Assembly (NCBI RefSeq): GCF_009914755.1
Contig: NC_060948.1
Length of the DNA: 64,000 nucleotides
Source of the DNA: the human T2T-CHM13v2.0 reference genome, Homo sapiens
Direction: 5' to 3' (one strand)
Shown here: positions 45,181 to 58,468 of the stretch, piece by piece
Position numbering within the stretch: the stretch's first letter is position 1
How the letters are laid out: the number at the start of each line of letters is the position of its first letter
Notes under the pieces: generated by a model
Told to the model about the DNA's origin: nothing
What the model saw: the letters and a program-made list of their open reading frames with translations, nothing else
Databases searched by the model: none
Translations under genes and position numbers: made by a program

Positions 45181-47770
45181 GCAGTAATGACTGTAATGTT
45201 TTATAAATACATACCAATAGTGGACCAAGTTGCCAGAGACAATTGGAGTTAAGGAGCTAAGGCAGAATAAGTTGGTTGTGGCAGATAGAGGCCAAACATT
45301 CAAAGCAAAAAAAAAAAAAAAAAAAACTAAAGCAGTAACTGCAGTAACTCATGCTGAAACACAGAGGAGCAATTAGAAAGGCCACAGCTGACAACCAGGC
45401 AAACAAATTAGTGGTTAGCAGGTAGTCAGGAAGCTGAGATTCATTACAATAAAGACTAAAAGATCAGATAACAGTCAGTTTTACTAGAGAGGTGAGTGCT
45501 TCTGAAAATCATGCTGGCTATTGCCCTACTGTTAAAGAATGTAACTAATGTAACTGACCTCCTTTTATAACCTTCTTAGTAGTGGTTCTCATTTTTTAAG
45601 AAGTCTGTGTTTTCCCTATGGCCTTGAGTATGCTTGCTGTCTTAACAGTCATTCAACTTTTTCCTGAGCATTTACAGTAAATGGAAAAGGAAATGAAGAA
45701 GATTGAACACCTGTTACTTGCCTGAAAGTGTAGCAGAAGAGAGCTAACCAGATAGCTAAATAAACACTCTCATGGGATATTAATCAACAATTTGATATAT
45801 AAATAAGTACCCTTACTAATAAGATTTTACAAGTAGGAAGCTCAAAAAAGTGAGGTAAAGAATCCAAGTTTACATAGCTAGTTTGAAGTGGTGAAATGTA
45901 TCAACTCAAGACTTTTATTATCCCCTATGCCCTTTTTTATGTATTTTATGGACTACTAAGACTCCTCTCAGTATGTGAGGCTGAAAACTAATCTCTGATT
46001 AGTCCAGATTTTGACAAAAATATGGCCAGTACTCTAGAACTAAGTTATTATTTTCAGAGGATCTCTTTTAGAATGTATGATTCCTGGGAGGAATTAATTA
46101 AACCGTACAACACACTGCAATACAATTTTTTTTAATCAGATAAGTCGTGGGAGGCCAAGACTCCAGGGAATCAGAACAAAGGGTAGGATCATAATGGGGG
46201 CAATGGGGGTTATAGTGAGAAGTATTGGAAGGCATAGGGGGTAAAGAAGTAAAAACATTAATAGAGGCCAATTTTTAGAGAAAACAGGATAAATCGACTT
46301 TTTAATAGGCAATCTTTATTATACTGTTTGATTTTTTTTAACAGCCAGGAGAAAGTTCCAGCTAAAATATTTCACCTGTGGCCATATTGATTATTTTGCA
46401 ATAGCCTATCATTTCTTACCATATTTTTAAAAGCTATGCCTTGTGGTTATTAAGAGGTGATTCTACAATACTTTTCTGAGTGATAGCTTTCATCTGACAA
46501 TGCATCATATTTAATGAGTAGTAAAACTGTAATTCAGTCTTTGATCACTGTCAACAAACAACTTGGGTTGGCAAGGAGCTATTAAGTGTATGCTGCATTG
46601 ACAATTTATTTTCTTTTAGGCTATTTTATAGTAAAAAAAAATCACCTGGTATAAAGTGTTGTGTTAATTGTTTATAACTAACTAGTAGAATTTGACTGCA
46701 GAGTTAATCTTAGGCAATAATTTCTTCAACTACCAGTGGAATTTTGCACTCAAAGTTGTTAAAGATTTCTTTCATTCAAATCCCTGAAGTGTGGTGCAGT
46801 TCTAGTCATTGTAAAGATTTTTTCAGGAGATGGGAGAAAGATCTAATAAGGTCATTTTTCACAGTGTTATACTGAGAGTTGTCTTGGATGGAATGGCTCT
46901 GCAGTTCATCAGTTTTGATATTTATATTCAGTACCTCTGAGTAGTTAAAGATCAATGACACCATAAAATGCATTTATCTCATACATACTTTAAAACATCT
47001 CACAACAAAGCATTTAGAGAACTGTGTCAAAAACATGACTAGATCTTGTAACTTACAAAAAGGGACACATTTTGCCTTTTTATATTTTCCATTTTTAAAA
47101 TTTTTTTAAAGAGTGTGTTTATTACAAAGATATTTTAGGAGCAAAGATAAAAAAATGTATTCCAAAAATGAGCCTGTACATTCTAGGACTTCTGATATTG
47201 TGACTAAAGTGAGATATATTCTATTAACCTTTTCCAAATAGGATTGTACTTGTTTATAAATGATGTCCAGCATTTGGTCCCAAATGCAAATTTTAACTTC
47301 ATAATCATATAAAAAACTTGAACTGATATATCAAACCCACATACTATCTAACTTTTAAATGTATATCTATTTTTATTTCATAATCACAATAACAGTAAAA
47401 TGCAATATTTCTCTGACTTCTTATAATAATTTCCCCCTATCCTTCTACAAGAATTCAGGGAGTTTCCAGACCCTTTCTCTTGTGGGCTTATGCGTAGGAG
47501 ATTCTTATGTTATCTTCTCTCAGTGTCAGCATCAGTATGTCACATGCTCCTTAAATCTGGGTTTCTGTAGTGACATGTTCTGCTACTTCACTGTGCCTGA
47601 GAAATGATGTGCTATGATCCAATGATAATTATATTGCATCGGCTCAGTTGTCCTGCACACTTTATGATAAGCTTGTGAAACAGAGCTGTCTTCTGTTTTT
47701 TGTTTCTTTTGTATATTTCCATGATGATGATCTATGTTAGTTACTCACTTCTAAATGAGTAAAAATAAAA

Positions 47771-48030
47771 GGCAGTACAACACAGTGGTTAACAATATGG
47801 ACTCTGACACTTCAGTACTTGGGTTTGATTGTCAACTCTACTACTACTAGCTATGTAGCATTCAAAAAACTACTTGATTCCCCTTTGCCACCATAGCCTT
47901 ATTTACTAAATGTGGGTAATGACAATCAGATCTGCCGCATAGGATGGTTTATGAAAATTAAAAGATTTAATGTGCATAAACTACTTAATGCATGACACAT
48001 AATAAACATTATATCAATGTATTATTATTA
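47771..48030 (+). mobile_element. MIR, near full length
   Basis: ggcagtacaacacagtggttaac...ctactactagctatgt...aataaacattatatcaatgtattattatt. Confidence 0.8.
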
Positions 48031-51000
48031 TTATTGCTGATTCCTCTCTTTAAGGTACCATTATGAGTACAGGGTGACTAAGCCCTATGTGACACCTAAA
48101 ACTTAAGAGTTTGGTTGATACAATTAAGCAAAAACTATTAGGCAGAAAGTCTCAGCAACAAGGACTATCCAATCTGTTGTATAGAATTCCGAATTCCAAC
48201 AACCATTTTTGTTTTAAAGATATGTGTCATTATTATTTGACATGGAGATAAAATAGACTTCTACCCAAGATGATGAATTATGAAGAATATGTCAAATCAA
48301 TAAAAATGCAGAATAAATAATTGTTAGATATAGTTATGACAACTGTCAGTATGAAGGATTAAAAAAGGAGCACATCAGGAATTAGGATGTCAAATAACAT
48401 TAATGATGTAGCTTAAATAGAAAATCCTGTTTTTAAGACATTACTCTGTAAGAAGCACCAAGATGGCTGAGTAGAAGCAGATGGTGTGTGCTGTTCTCAT
48501 GGGGAAAAGACAGAGTGGTGAGTAAACACTACCTCTTCAAGTGATAATCCAGGAAGCCTCATTGGGATTCATAAAAAAAGCAATGGTGCCACATGAACAC
48601 CAGTAAAAACTGAGGCAGGACAGCTGCCTACCTGGGATTGGTGCAGAGCCAGGGGAGGCTCCCTACCATGAGAAAAGGGTGAGTGAGGGAGAACCCTTGG
48701 GGACTCAAATTTATGCCACAAACCTTTGAGGTTATGGGCACTGAAGATCCCCATTGGCACCCCCAGGCTTATAGTCCAACACAGAGAGCTTCCTGGTGTC
48801 TCGGCAGAGCCACAGCTCAAGCTCATGTTCAGCCCCATTAGTGTGGTTTCCTTGTGCCAGCTTTCATAGCCCTGCCAACAAGGGAGGCCAGGCTCTCTCA
48901 CACATCCCTAAGATAGGGGCCATATTCATGATGGTGAGGAGCAGAGAGACCACAAACCCCACCTCTGCTGTATCTCATCAGGCAAGGTCCATTGGCTGGG
49001 GTCCACAGAACAACCACCCGACCCCTGTCTGAGCACTCCAGCTGGTTGTGGCCCTGCATTTCTCTGAAATACAGCTACCGGAAGTAACTTACAGGTCTGC
49101 TGCAATTGCTATGGTTGTGGACCCCACCCCTGCTGCTCTCAGGCTGGGGAGGCAGCAAAGAATCCAAGAAATATAGTGGGCCTCCAGCAAGCCACAGCTG
49201 CCCTATGAAAAGGTATCCAGATTGTTTTCCACATCTGACCCTGCTTCTGCTGCTCCTCACTGGGCAGAGCCTCCTGGCTTTGGCCCACAGTGCAGCCACC
49301 TCACACCTGCTTAATCACATCGGTCCATGGCAGCTCTGTATTTCTCCAGGATGGAGCTCCCAGAGACAACTGACAGACCCTCTGCCATTGCTGCCACCAT
49401 TGCTCCCCCCAGGCTAGGAGGAAACAAAGAGCCTGATTGTTTTCACATGCCTACAGTATGCCACAGCCATTTTATGTAGAAGAGTTTAGATTGCCTTTAA
49501 TGTGAACTGAGCACCCTGTTCTTTGTCAGGCAGTCCTCCACTCCCCACCCTCAGCTTGGGTCTGCAGTACAGCAGCCCCACTCCTGGCTGATCATCACAA
49601 TCAGCAATGGCTCTGCATTTCTCTGGGGTGGAGTTCCCAGAGGCAACTAACAGCCCCTCTTCCACTGCTGCCACTGTATACCCTGCCTTGCTGCCCTAGT
49701 GATGGAAAGGGAACAATTCACCTGATTGCTGTGTTTATATCTCCAGCATGCCATAGCCGCCCTACAGAGGGAAGGCCAGACTGTCTTCCCTGTTAGTCCC
49801 TGCCCCCACTGCTCTTTACAAGGCAGGGCTCCCTAGCATGGGTCATAGCACACCTGCCACATCCCCAGCTGTTTACTAATCAGCCATGGTTTTTCATTTA
49901 GCTGAGGTGGAATACCCAGAGTCAACTGACAGGCCCTCTGCCATTGCTGCTGCCATGGTCCCCACCCCTGCTGCCTCCAAGCTGAGGAGGGAAGAAAAAA
50001 CTTCACCACACTCCAGGGTGGCAGTGCACAGCTTGGGAGTGGTGAACGGAGATCTGTGACCAGCACTCTGAAAGGAGAGGAGTTTACACTCCCAGAGCAC
50101 TGAGAGGGGTAAGTTGCATGGGCTCATGGGCTGTCACAGGTGGGGAGAATGCCTGCCTCCACAAAGCCAGCCCAGAAAATGTGAGGCCTGTTTCCCTCCT
50201 GCCTGCTGCCTCTGCCTGAGGAAGCCCCATGAACCAAAAGAGCTAAGAAAAGAGAAACTGACACAGTGCCAGTGATATGAGGAAGCTCCCCTAAGGTCCA
50301 GATGTATAGCTAATGAGGTCATCTCTCTCTCTGTTGCAACACAGAGCACAGCTACAAACGCCAGGAAACACAAAGAAGCCAGTGGCTTAGTAAGAGCCTA
50401 CCTACTGCCAGTACTCTTAAGAACCATCTACTGCATCTCAGCCCAATGTAAAACACCAAAACTACTAAGCTAATATACCCCCCTATGGAACCAAGGGCAG
50501 TAATTCAGTCACAAAAAAAGAAAGACTCTACACAGAGCATTGGCTTTCTGAAACCATCTACAAACAAAGCTAACTGACTATATTCAACTTATAACCACAA
50601 TTAAAAGAACATCAACCCTTCCAGATGAGAAATAATTAGCACAAGAACCCTGGCAATTCAAAAACCGAAGTGTCTATGTACCTCCAAGGGAGTCCACTAG
50701 TCTCCAACAATGAATCTTAAGTTGGAAATAATAGATATAGAATTCAGAATCTTTATGGCAAGGAAGTGCATTGAGTTGCAAGAGAAAGTTGAAACTCAAT
50801 CCAAGGAATCCAGTAAGATGATCCAAGAGCTGAAATACAATATAGCTATTTTTAGAAATAACCAAACTAAACTTTTAGAGCTGAAAAACTCACTACAAGA
50901 ATTTCATACTTCTATGTAAAGTATTAACAGCAGAATAGACCATGCTGAGCATAGAATTTCAGAACATGAAAAATGGTTCTGTAAATCAACTCAGTCAGAC

Positions 51001-53198
51001 AAAAATGAAGAAAAAAAATTGTTAAAAAATGAACAAAACGTCCAATAAATAATGGGGTTATGTAAAGAGACCAAGTGTTTGACTTATTGGCATTCCTAGG
51101 AGAGAGAAGAAGGGGGAAAATAACTTGGAAAATATATTTGAGGATATAGTCCATGAACATTTCTCTACTCTCACTAGAGAGATGGACATTCAAATCCAAG
51201 AAATAGAAAGAATTTCAGCTAGATATTTTACAAGATGACCAACCACTAAGGCACATAGTCATCAGATTCAACAAGCTCAACGCAAAATAAAAAAGGCTTA
51301 AAGGAAGCTAGAGAGAAGGATAAAGTCATATACACAGCAAACTCATTCAGCTAGCAGCAGACATCTCAGCAGAAACATTATAAACATAAGTGATTGCAGA
51401 CCTATTTTCAGGATCCTTAAAGAAAAGAAATTCCAAGCAAGAATTCATATTCTTCAAAACTAAGATTCATAAGTAAAGGAGGAATAAATTCTTCTCAGAC
51501 AGACAAATACTAAGGGAATTTATTCCAACCAGACCAGCCTTACAAGAGGTTCTTGAGAGAGTGCTACACATGGAACCAAAGGGGGAATAAAAGGCTAGCA
51601 CAAAAACATACCTAAGTACAAAGATCACAGACACTATAAAATAATCACACAAACAAGTCTACAGAATAACCAGCTTACAACATGATGACAGAATCAAAAT
51701 CTTACATATCAATACTAACCCTGAATGTAAATGGGCTAAATGCCCCCACATAAAAGACATGGAGTAGCAAACTGGAAAAAAAGATAAGACCTAACTATCT
51801 ACAGTCTACAAGAGACCCAGCTCACATGCAGTGAAACACACAAGCTCAAAGTAAAGAGACGAAGAAAGATCTATCATGCAAGTGGAAAACAACAACAAAA
51901 AGTAGGAGTTGATATTCTTGAAGAAGGGCATACATAATAATACAGAGTACCAACAAGAAAACTTAACTATTCTAAATATGTAGGCACCTAAATAAATATG
52001 CACTCACATTTATAAAACAAGTTCTTCTTGGCCTATGAGAAGACTTAGAAAACCACACAATAATAGTGGGAGATTTCAAAACCCCAAAGAGAATTGAGGG
52101 AGAAAACTGTCAAAGAAACATTAGAGTTAAACAGTACACTTGACCAAATGGACATGATACACGTCTACAGAACACTACATCAAACAACCACAGAGTATAC
52201 ATTATTTTCACCTGCACACGGAACAAATTCTAAGACAACCACATGCTTGATCATAAAGCATGTCTCAACAAATTCGAAACAGTTGAAATCATACCAGTTA
52301 ACAACCTCAGGCAACAATGCAATAAAAATACAAATGAATATCAAGAAAATCTCTCAAAACCACACAAATAATTTGGAAATTGAACAACTTGCTCCTAAAT
52401 TACTCCTGGGTGGACATCAAATTTACGTCAGAAATAAAAATAATTGAAATTAATGAAAATAGGGACACAACTTACCAAAAATGGAAACATTTTTCTTGAA
52501 AAGTTGAACAAGGCAAGGATGTCCACTCTCACTCCTCCTATTTAACATAGTACTGAAAGCCCCAGCTTTCTCTTAGGCAAGAGAAAGAAATAAAAAAAAT
52601 CTAAATAGGAAAAGAATAAGTCAAGCTATTTTTCCTGACATTATGATTCCATACCTAGAAAATACTAAAGACTCCACAGAAAGGCAACCAAATCTGGAAA
52701 ATAATTTTGATAATGTTTCAGAGTACAAAAAAGTCACTGTACAAAAATCAGTGGCATTTTTATAGACCAAAATGTCTAGGGTGTGACCCAAATCAAGAAC
52801 ACAATCCCACTTACAATAGCTACAAAGAAAATGAAATATCTAGGTATACAACTAACCAAGAAAGTGAAAGATCTCTCCCAGGAGAACTAAAAAACGTTGC
52901 TGAAAGAAATCAGAGACATCACAAATAAATTAAAAAAAAATTCTGTGCTCATGGATTGGAAGAATCAATATAATAAAAATGGCCATACTGCCCAAAGCAA
53001 TTTACAAATTCACTGCTAGTCCTATCAAACTACCAATGTCATTCTTCACAGAATTAGAAAAAAAACTATTCTAAACATTATATGGAACTTAAAAAAGAAC
53101 CCAAGTAGCCTAAGCAAAAAGAACACAGCCAGACACATCATACAAACTGAGTTCAAACTATATTATAAGGCTACAGTAAAACAAAACACCATGATATT

Positions 53199-53610
53199 TG
53201 TCAGGCCTCTGAGCCTAAGCTAAGCCATCATAACTCCTGTGACCTGCACTTACACATCCAGATGGCCGGTTCCTGCCTTAACTGATGACATTCCACCACA
53301 AAAGAAGTGAAAATGTCCTGTTCCTGTCTTAACTGATGACATTGTCTTGTGAAATTCCTTCTCCTGGCTCATTCTGGCTCAAAAGCTCCACTACTGAGCA
53401 CCTTGTGACCCCCACTCTGCCTGCCAGAGAACAACCCCGTTTGACTGTAATTTTCCTTTACCTACCCAAATCCTATAAAACAACCCCACCCCTATCTTCC
53501 TTCGCTGACTCTCTTTTCGGACTCAGCCCACCTGCACCCAGGTGAAATAGACAGCTTTATTGGTCACACAAAGCCTGTTTGGTGGTCTCTTCACATGGAC
53601 GTGCATGAAA
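53199..53610 (+). promoter_or_regulatory. 5' LTR7 (promoter/enhancer; TATA cctataaaa at ~53472-53480)
   Basis: tgtcaggcctctgagcc...catgaaa; duplicated ccttaactgatgacatt U3 unit. Confidence 0.93.
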
Positions 53611-53630
53611 TTTAGTGCTATGACTCAGAT
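53611..53630 (+). other. HERV-H primer binding site (tRNA-His), mutated
   Basis: tttagtgctatgactcagat versus recalled consensus tttggtgccgtgactcggat. Confidence 0.8.
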
Positions 53631-55434
53631 CAGAGGACCTCCCTTGGGAGATCAATCCCCTGTCCTCCTGTTCTTTGCTCCATGAAAAACATCCACCTAC
53701 GACCTCAGGTCCTCAGACCCACCAGCCCAAGGAACATCTCACCAATTTTAAATCAGGTAAGCGGCCTCTTTTTACTCTCTTCTCCAGCCCCCTTCACTAT
53801 CCCTCAACCTCGTTCTCCTTTCAATCTTGGTGCCACACTTCAATCTCTCCATTCTCTTAATTTCAATTCCTTTCATTTTCTGGTAGAGACAAAGGAGACA
53901 TGTTTTATCTGTGGACCCAAAACTCCAGTGCCGGTCACAGACTAGGGAAGGCAGCCTTCCCTTGGTGTTTACTAATTGCAGGGATGCCTCTCTGATTATT
54001 CACCCAGGTTTCAGAGGTGTCAGACCATGCAGGGACGCCTGCCTTGATCCTTCAACCTTAGCGACAAGTCCCACTTTTCTGGGGAAGGGGCAAGTACCCC
54101 AACCCCTTCTCTCTGTGTCTCTACCCCTTCTCCACCTTTCTGGGGGGCAAGAGACCCCCAACCCCTTCTCCTTCACCCTTAGTGGCAAGTCCCGCTTTTC
54201 TAGGGGAGGGGCAAGTACCCCAACCCCTTATATCTCTGCACCCCGATCCCTTATTTCCACACCCCAACCTCTTATATCTCTGTGCCCCAATCCCTTATTT
54301 CCATGCCCTGACATCGTATCTCTGTGTCCCAACCCCTTTCCCACTTTTCTGGAGGGTAAGAACTCCCAAACCCCTTCCCTCTGTGTCTCTACTCTCTCTT
54401 TTCTCTGGGCTTGCCTCCTTCACTATTTGCAACCTTCCACCCTCCATTCCTCCTTCTTCTCCCTTAGCCTGTGTTCTTAAGAACTTAAAACCTCTTCAAC
54501 TCTCACCTGATCTAAAATCTAAGCATGTTATTGTCTTCTGCAATGCCACTTGACCCCAATACAAACTTGACAGTAGTTCCAAATAGCCAGAAAATGGCAC
54601 TTTCAATTTTTCCACCCTGCAAGTTCTAAATAATTATTGTCATAAAATAGGCAAATGGTCTGAGGTGCCTGATGTCCAGGAATTATTTTACACATCGGTC
54701 CCTTCCTAGTTTCTGTGCCCAGTGCAACTCATCCCAAAACTTCCTTCTTTCCCTCCCACCTGTCCCCTCCATCCCAACCCCCAGCATCGCTGAGTCTTTC
54801 TAATCTCCCTTTTCTACAGACCCATCTGACCTCTCCCCTCCTCCCCAGACTGCTCCTCACCAGGCCGAGCTAGGTCCCAATTCTTCCTCAGCCTCCGCTC
54901 CTCCACCCAATAATCCTTTTATCACCTCCCCTCCTCACACCTGGTCCAGCTTACAGTTTCATTCTGTGACTAGCCATCCCCCACCTGCCCAGCAATTTAC
55001 TCTTAAAAAGGTGGCTGGAGCTAAAGCCATAGTCAAGGTTAATGCTCCCTTTTCTTTATTCCAAATCAGATAGCATTTAGGCTCTTTTTCATCAAATATA
55101 AAAATCCAGCCCAGTTCATGACTCATTTGGCAGCAACGCTGAGATACTTTATAGCCCTAGACCCTAAAAGGTCAAAAGGCCATCTTATTCTCAAAATACA
55201 TTTTATTACCCAATCTGCTCCTGACATTAAATAAAACTCAAAAAATTAAATTCTGGCCCTCAAACCCCACAACAGGATTTAATTAACCTCGCCTTCAAGG
55301 TGTACAATAATAGAAAAAAGTTGCAATTCCTTGCTTCCACTGTGAGACAAACCCCAGCCACATCTCCAGCAAACAAGAACTTCCAAACGCCTGAATCGCA
55401 GCAGCCAGGCATTCCTCCAGAACCTCCTCCCTGA

Positions 55435-55550
55435 GGAGCTTGCTACAAGTGCCAGAAATCTGGCCACCAGGCCAAGGAATGCCTGCAGCCCAGGATTCCT
55501 CCTAAGCCACATCCCATCTGTGCAGGACCCCACTGGAAATCATACTGTCC
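55435..55550 (+). pseudogene. gag: HERV-H gag nucleocapsid zinc-knuckle relic
   Basis: gcttgctacaagtgccagaaatctggccaccaggccaaggaatgc translates ACYKCQKSGHQAKEC (CX2CX4HX4C); second knuckle degenerate. Confidence 0.85.
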
Positions 55551-55699
55551 AACTCACCTGGCAGCCACTCCCAGAGCCCCTGGAACTCTGGCCCAAGGCT
55601 CTCTGACTCCTTCCCAGATCTTCTTGGCTTAACGGCTGAAGACTGACACTGCCTGATCACCTCGGAAGCCCCCTAGACCGTCACAGATGCTGAGCTTTG

Positions 55700-57860
55700 G
55701 ATAACTGTCACAGTGGAAGGTAAGTCTGTCCCCTTCTTAATCATTACGGAGGCTACCCACTCCACATTACCTTCTTTTCAAGGGCCTGTTTCCCTTGCCT
55801 CCCTAACTGTTGTGGGTATTGACAGCCAGGCTTCTAAACCTCTTAAAACTCCCCCACTCTTGGTGCCAACCTAGACAACACTCATTTAAGCACTCCTTTT
55901 AGTTATCCCCACCTGCCCAGTTCCCTTATTAGGCTGAGACACTTTAACTAAATTATCTGCTTCCTTGACTATTCCTGGATTATAGCTACATCTCATTGCT
56001 GCCCTTCTTCCCAATCCAAAGCCTCCTTTGCATCCTCCTCTTGTATTCCCCCACCTTAACCCACAAGTATAAGATACCTCTACTCCCTCCTTGGTGACTG
56101 ATCATGCACCCCTTACCATCTCATTAAAATCTAATCACCCTTACCCCACTGCACACCAATATCCCATCCCACAGCACGCTTTAAAAGGATTAAAACCTGT
56201 TATCATTCGCCTGCTACAGCATGGGCTTCTAAAACCTATAAACTCTCCTTACAATTCCCCCATTTTACCTGTCCAAAAACTGGACAAGTCTTACAGATTC
56301 GTTCAGGATCTGCGCCTTATCAACCAAATTGTTTTGCCTATCCACACTGTGGTGCCCAACCCATACACTCTTTTGTCCTCATTACCTTCCTCCACAACTC
56401 ACTATTCTGTTCTTGATCTTAAAGATGGTTTTTTCACTATTCGCCTGCACCCCTTGTCCCAGCCTCTCTTTGCTTTCACTTAGACTGACCCTGACACCCA
56501 TTAGGCTCAGCAAATTACCTGGGCTGTACTGCCGCAAGGCTTCACAGACAGCCCCCATTACTTCAGTCAAGCCCAAATTTCATCCTCATCTGTTACCTAT
56601 CTTGGCATAATTCTCATAAAAACACACGTGCTTTCCCTGCTGATCATGTCCGATTAATCTCCCAAACCTCAATCCCTTACAAAACAACATTCCTTTCCTT
56701 CCTAGCCATGATTAGTGTGGTCAGAATTCTTACACAAGAGCCAGGACCGCACCCTGTAGCCTTTCTGTCCAAACAATTTGACCTTACTGTTTTAGCCTAG
56801 CCATCATGTCTCCGTGCAGTGGCTGCTGCCACCCTAATACTTCTAGAGGCCCTCAAAATCAGAAACTATGCTCAACTTACTCTCTACATTTCTCATAACT
56901 TCCAAAATTGATTTTCTTCCTCATACCTGATGCATATACTTTCTGCTCCCTGGCTCCTTCAGCTGTACTCACTCTTTGTTAAGTCCCACAGTTACCATTG
57001 TTCCTGGCCCAGACTTCATTCCGGCCTCCCACATTATTCCTGATACCACACCTGACCCACATGACTGTATCTCTCTGATCCACCTGACATTCACCCCATT
57101 TCCCCATATTTCCTTCTTTCCTGTTCCTCACCCTGATCACGCTTGATTTATTGATGGCAGTTCCACCAGGCCTAATCACCACACACCAGCAAAGGCAGGC
57201 TATGCTATAGTACAAGCAACTAGCCCGCCTCTTAGAACCTCTCATTTTCTTTCCATTGTGGAAATCTATCCTCAAGGAAATAACTTCTCAGTGTTCCATC
57301 TGCTACTCTACTACTCCTCAGGGATTATTCAGGCCCCCTCCCTTCCCTACACATCAAGCTCGAGGATTTGCCCCCACCCAGGACTGGCAAATTAGCTTTA
57401 CTCAACATGACCCAAGTCACAAAAACTAAAATACCTCTTAGTCTAAGTAGACACTTTCACTAGATAGGTAGAGGCCTTTCCTACAGGGCCTCAGAAGGCC
57501 ACCGCAGTCATATCTTCCCTCCTGTCAGACATAATTCCTCAGTTTAGCCTTCCCACCTCTATACAGTCTGATAACAGACCAGCCTTTATTAGTCAAATAA
57601 GACAAGCATTTTTTCAGGCTCTTAGTATTCAGTGAAACCTTTATATCCCTTACAGTCCTCAGTCTTCAGGAAAAGTAGAACAGACTAATGGTCTTTTAAA
57701 AACACACCTCACCAAGCTCAGCCACCAACTTAAAAAGGACTGGACAATACTTTTACCACTTTCCCTTCTCAGAATTCAGGCCTGTCCTCAGAATGCTACA
57801 GGGTATAGCCCATTTGAGCTCCTGTATAGACACTCCTTTTTATTAGGCCCCAGTCTCATT
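55700..57860 (+). pseudogene. pol: HERV-H pro/pol relic (RT N-terminus, RNase H and integrase pieces)
   Basis: SPYNSPILPVQKLDKSYRFVQDLR...SVLDLKDGFF in ORF 56091-56483; integrase-like PQSSGKVEQTNGLLK near 57657; stops and deletions. Confidence 0.9.
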
Positions 57861-58468
57861 CCAGACACCAGACCAACCTGGACCGTGCCCCCAAAAAACT
57901 TGTCATCCCTACTATCTTCTGTCTAGTCATACTCCTATTCACTGTTCTCACCTACTCATACATGCCCTACTCTTGTTTACACTGCCGGTTTACACTGTTT
58001 CTCCAAGCCATCACAGCTGATATCTCCTGGTGCTATCCCCCAAACTGCCACTCTTAACTCTTGAAGTAAATAAATAATCTTTGCTGACAGGACTATGGTG
58101 AATTTCCTCAGGCACTCTAATTAGATGTCCTAGGTCCTCCCAATTCTTAGACCTTTAATACCTGTTTTTCTCCTTCTCTTATTCCGTTTAGTTTTTCAAT
58201 TCATACAAAACCATATCCAGGCCATCACCAATAATTCTAAATGACAAATGTTTCTTCTAACAGTCCCACAATATCACCCCTTACCACAAAATCTTCCTTC
58301 AGCTTAATCTCTCCCACTCTAGGTTCCCACGCCACCCCTAATGCTGCTCGAAGCAGCCCTGAGAAACATTGCCCATTATCTCTCCATACCACCCCCAAAA
58401 ATTTTCACCATCCCAACACTTTACCACTATTTCATTTTGTTTTTCTTATTAATATAAGAAGACAGGAA

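Noticed and set aside
45308-45325. Isolated poly(A) as the end of a processed pseudogene
   Set aside because: No upstream recognisable ORF, correctly placed poly(A) signal or clear TSD
46600-46660. Splice-acceptor-like ttttcttttag
   Set aside because: No open coding frame or clear partner donor; such tracts are common in AT-rich DNA
53911-54553. 189-aa and 123-aa Pro/Leu/Ser-rich ORFs and nearby tandem motifs
   Set aside because: They lie in the C-rich HERV-H leader, whose repeats and low stop-codon density explain them
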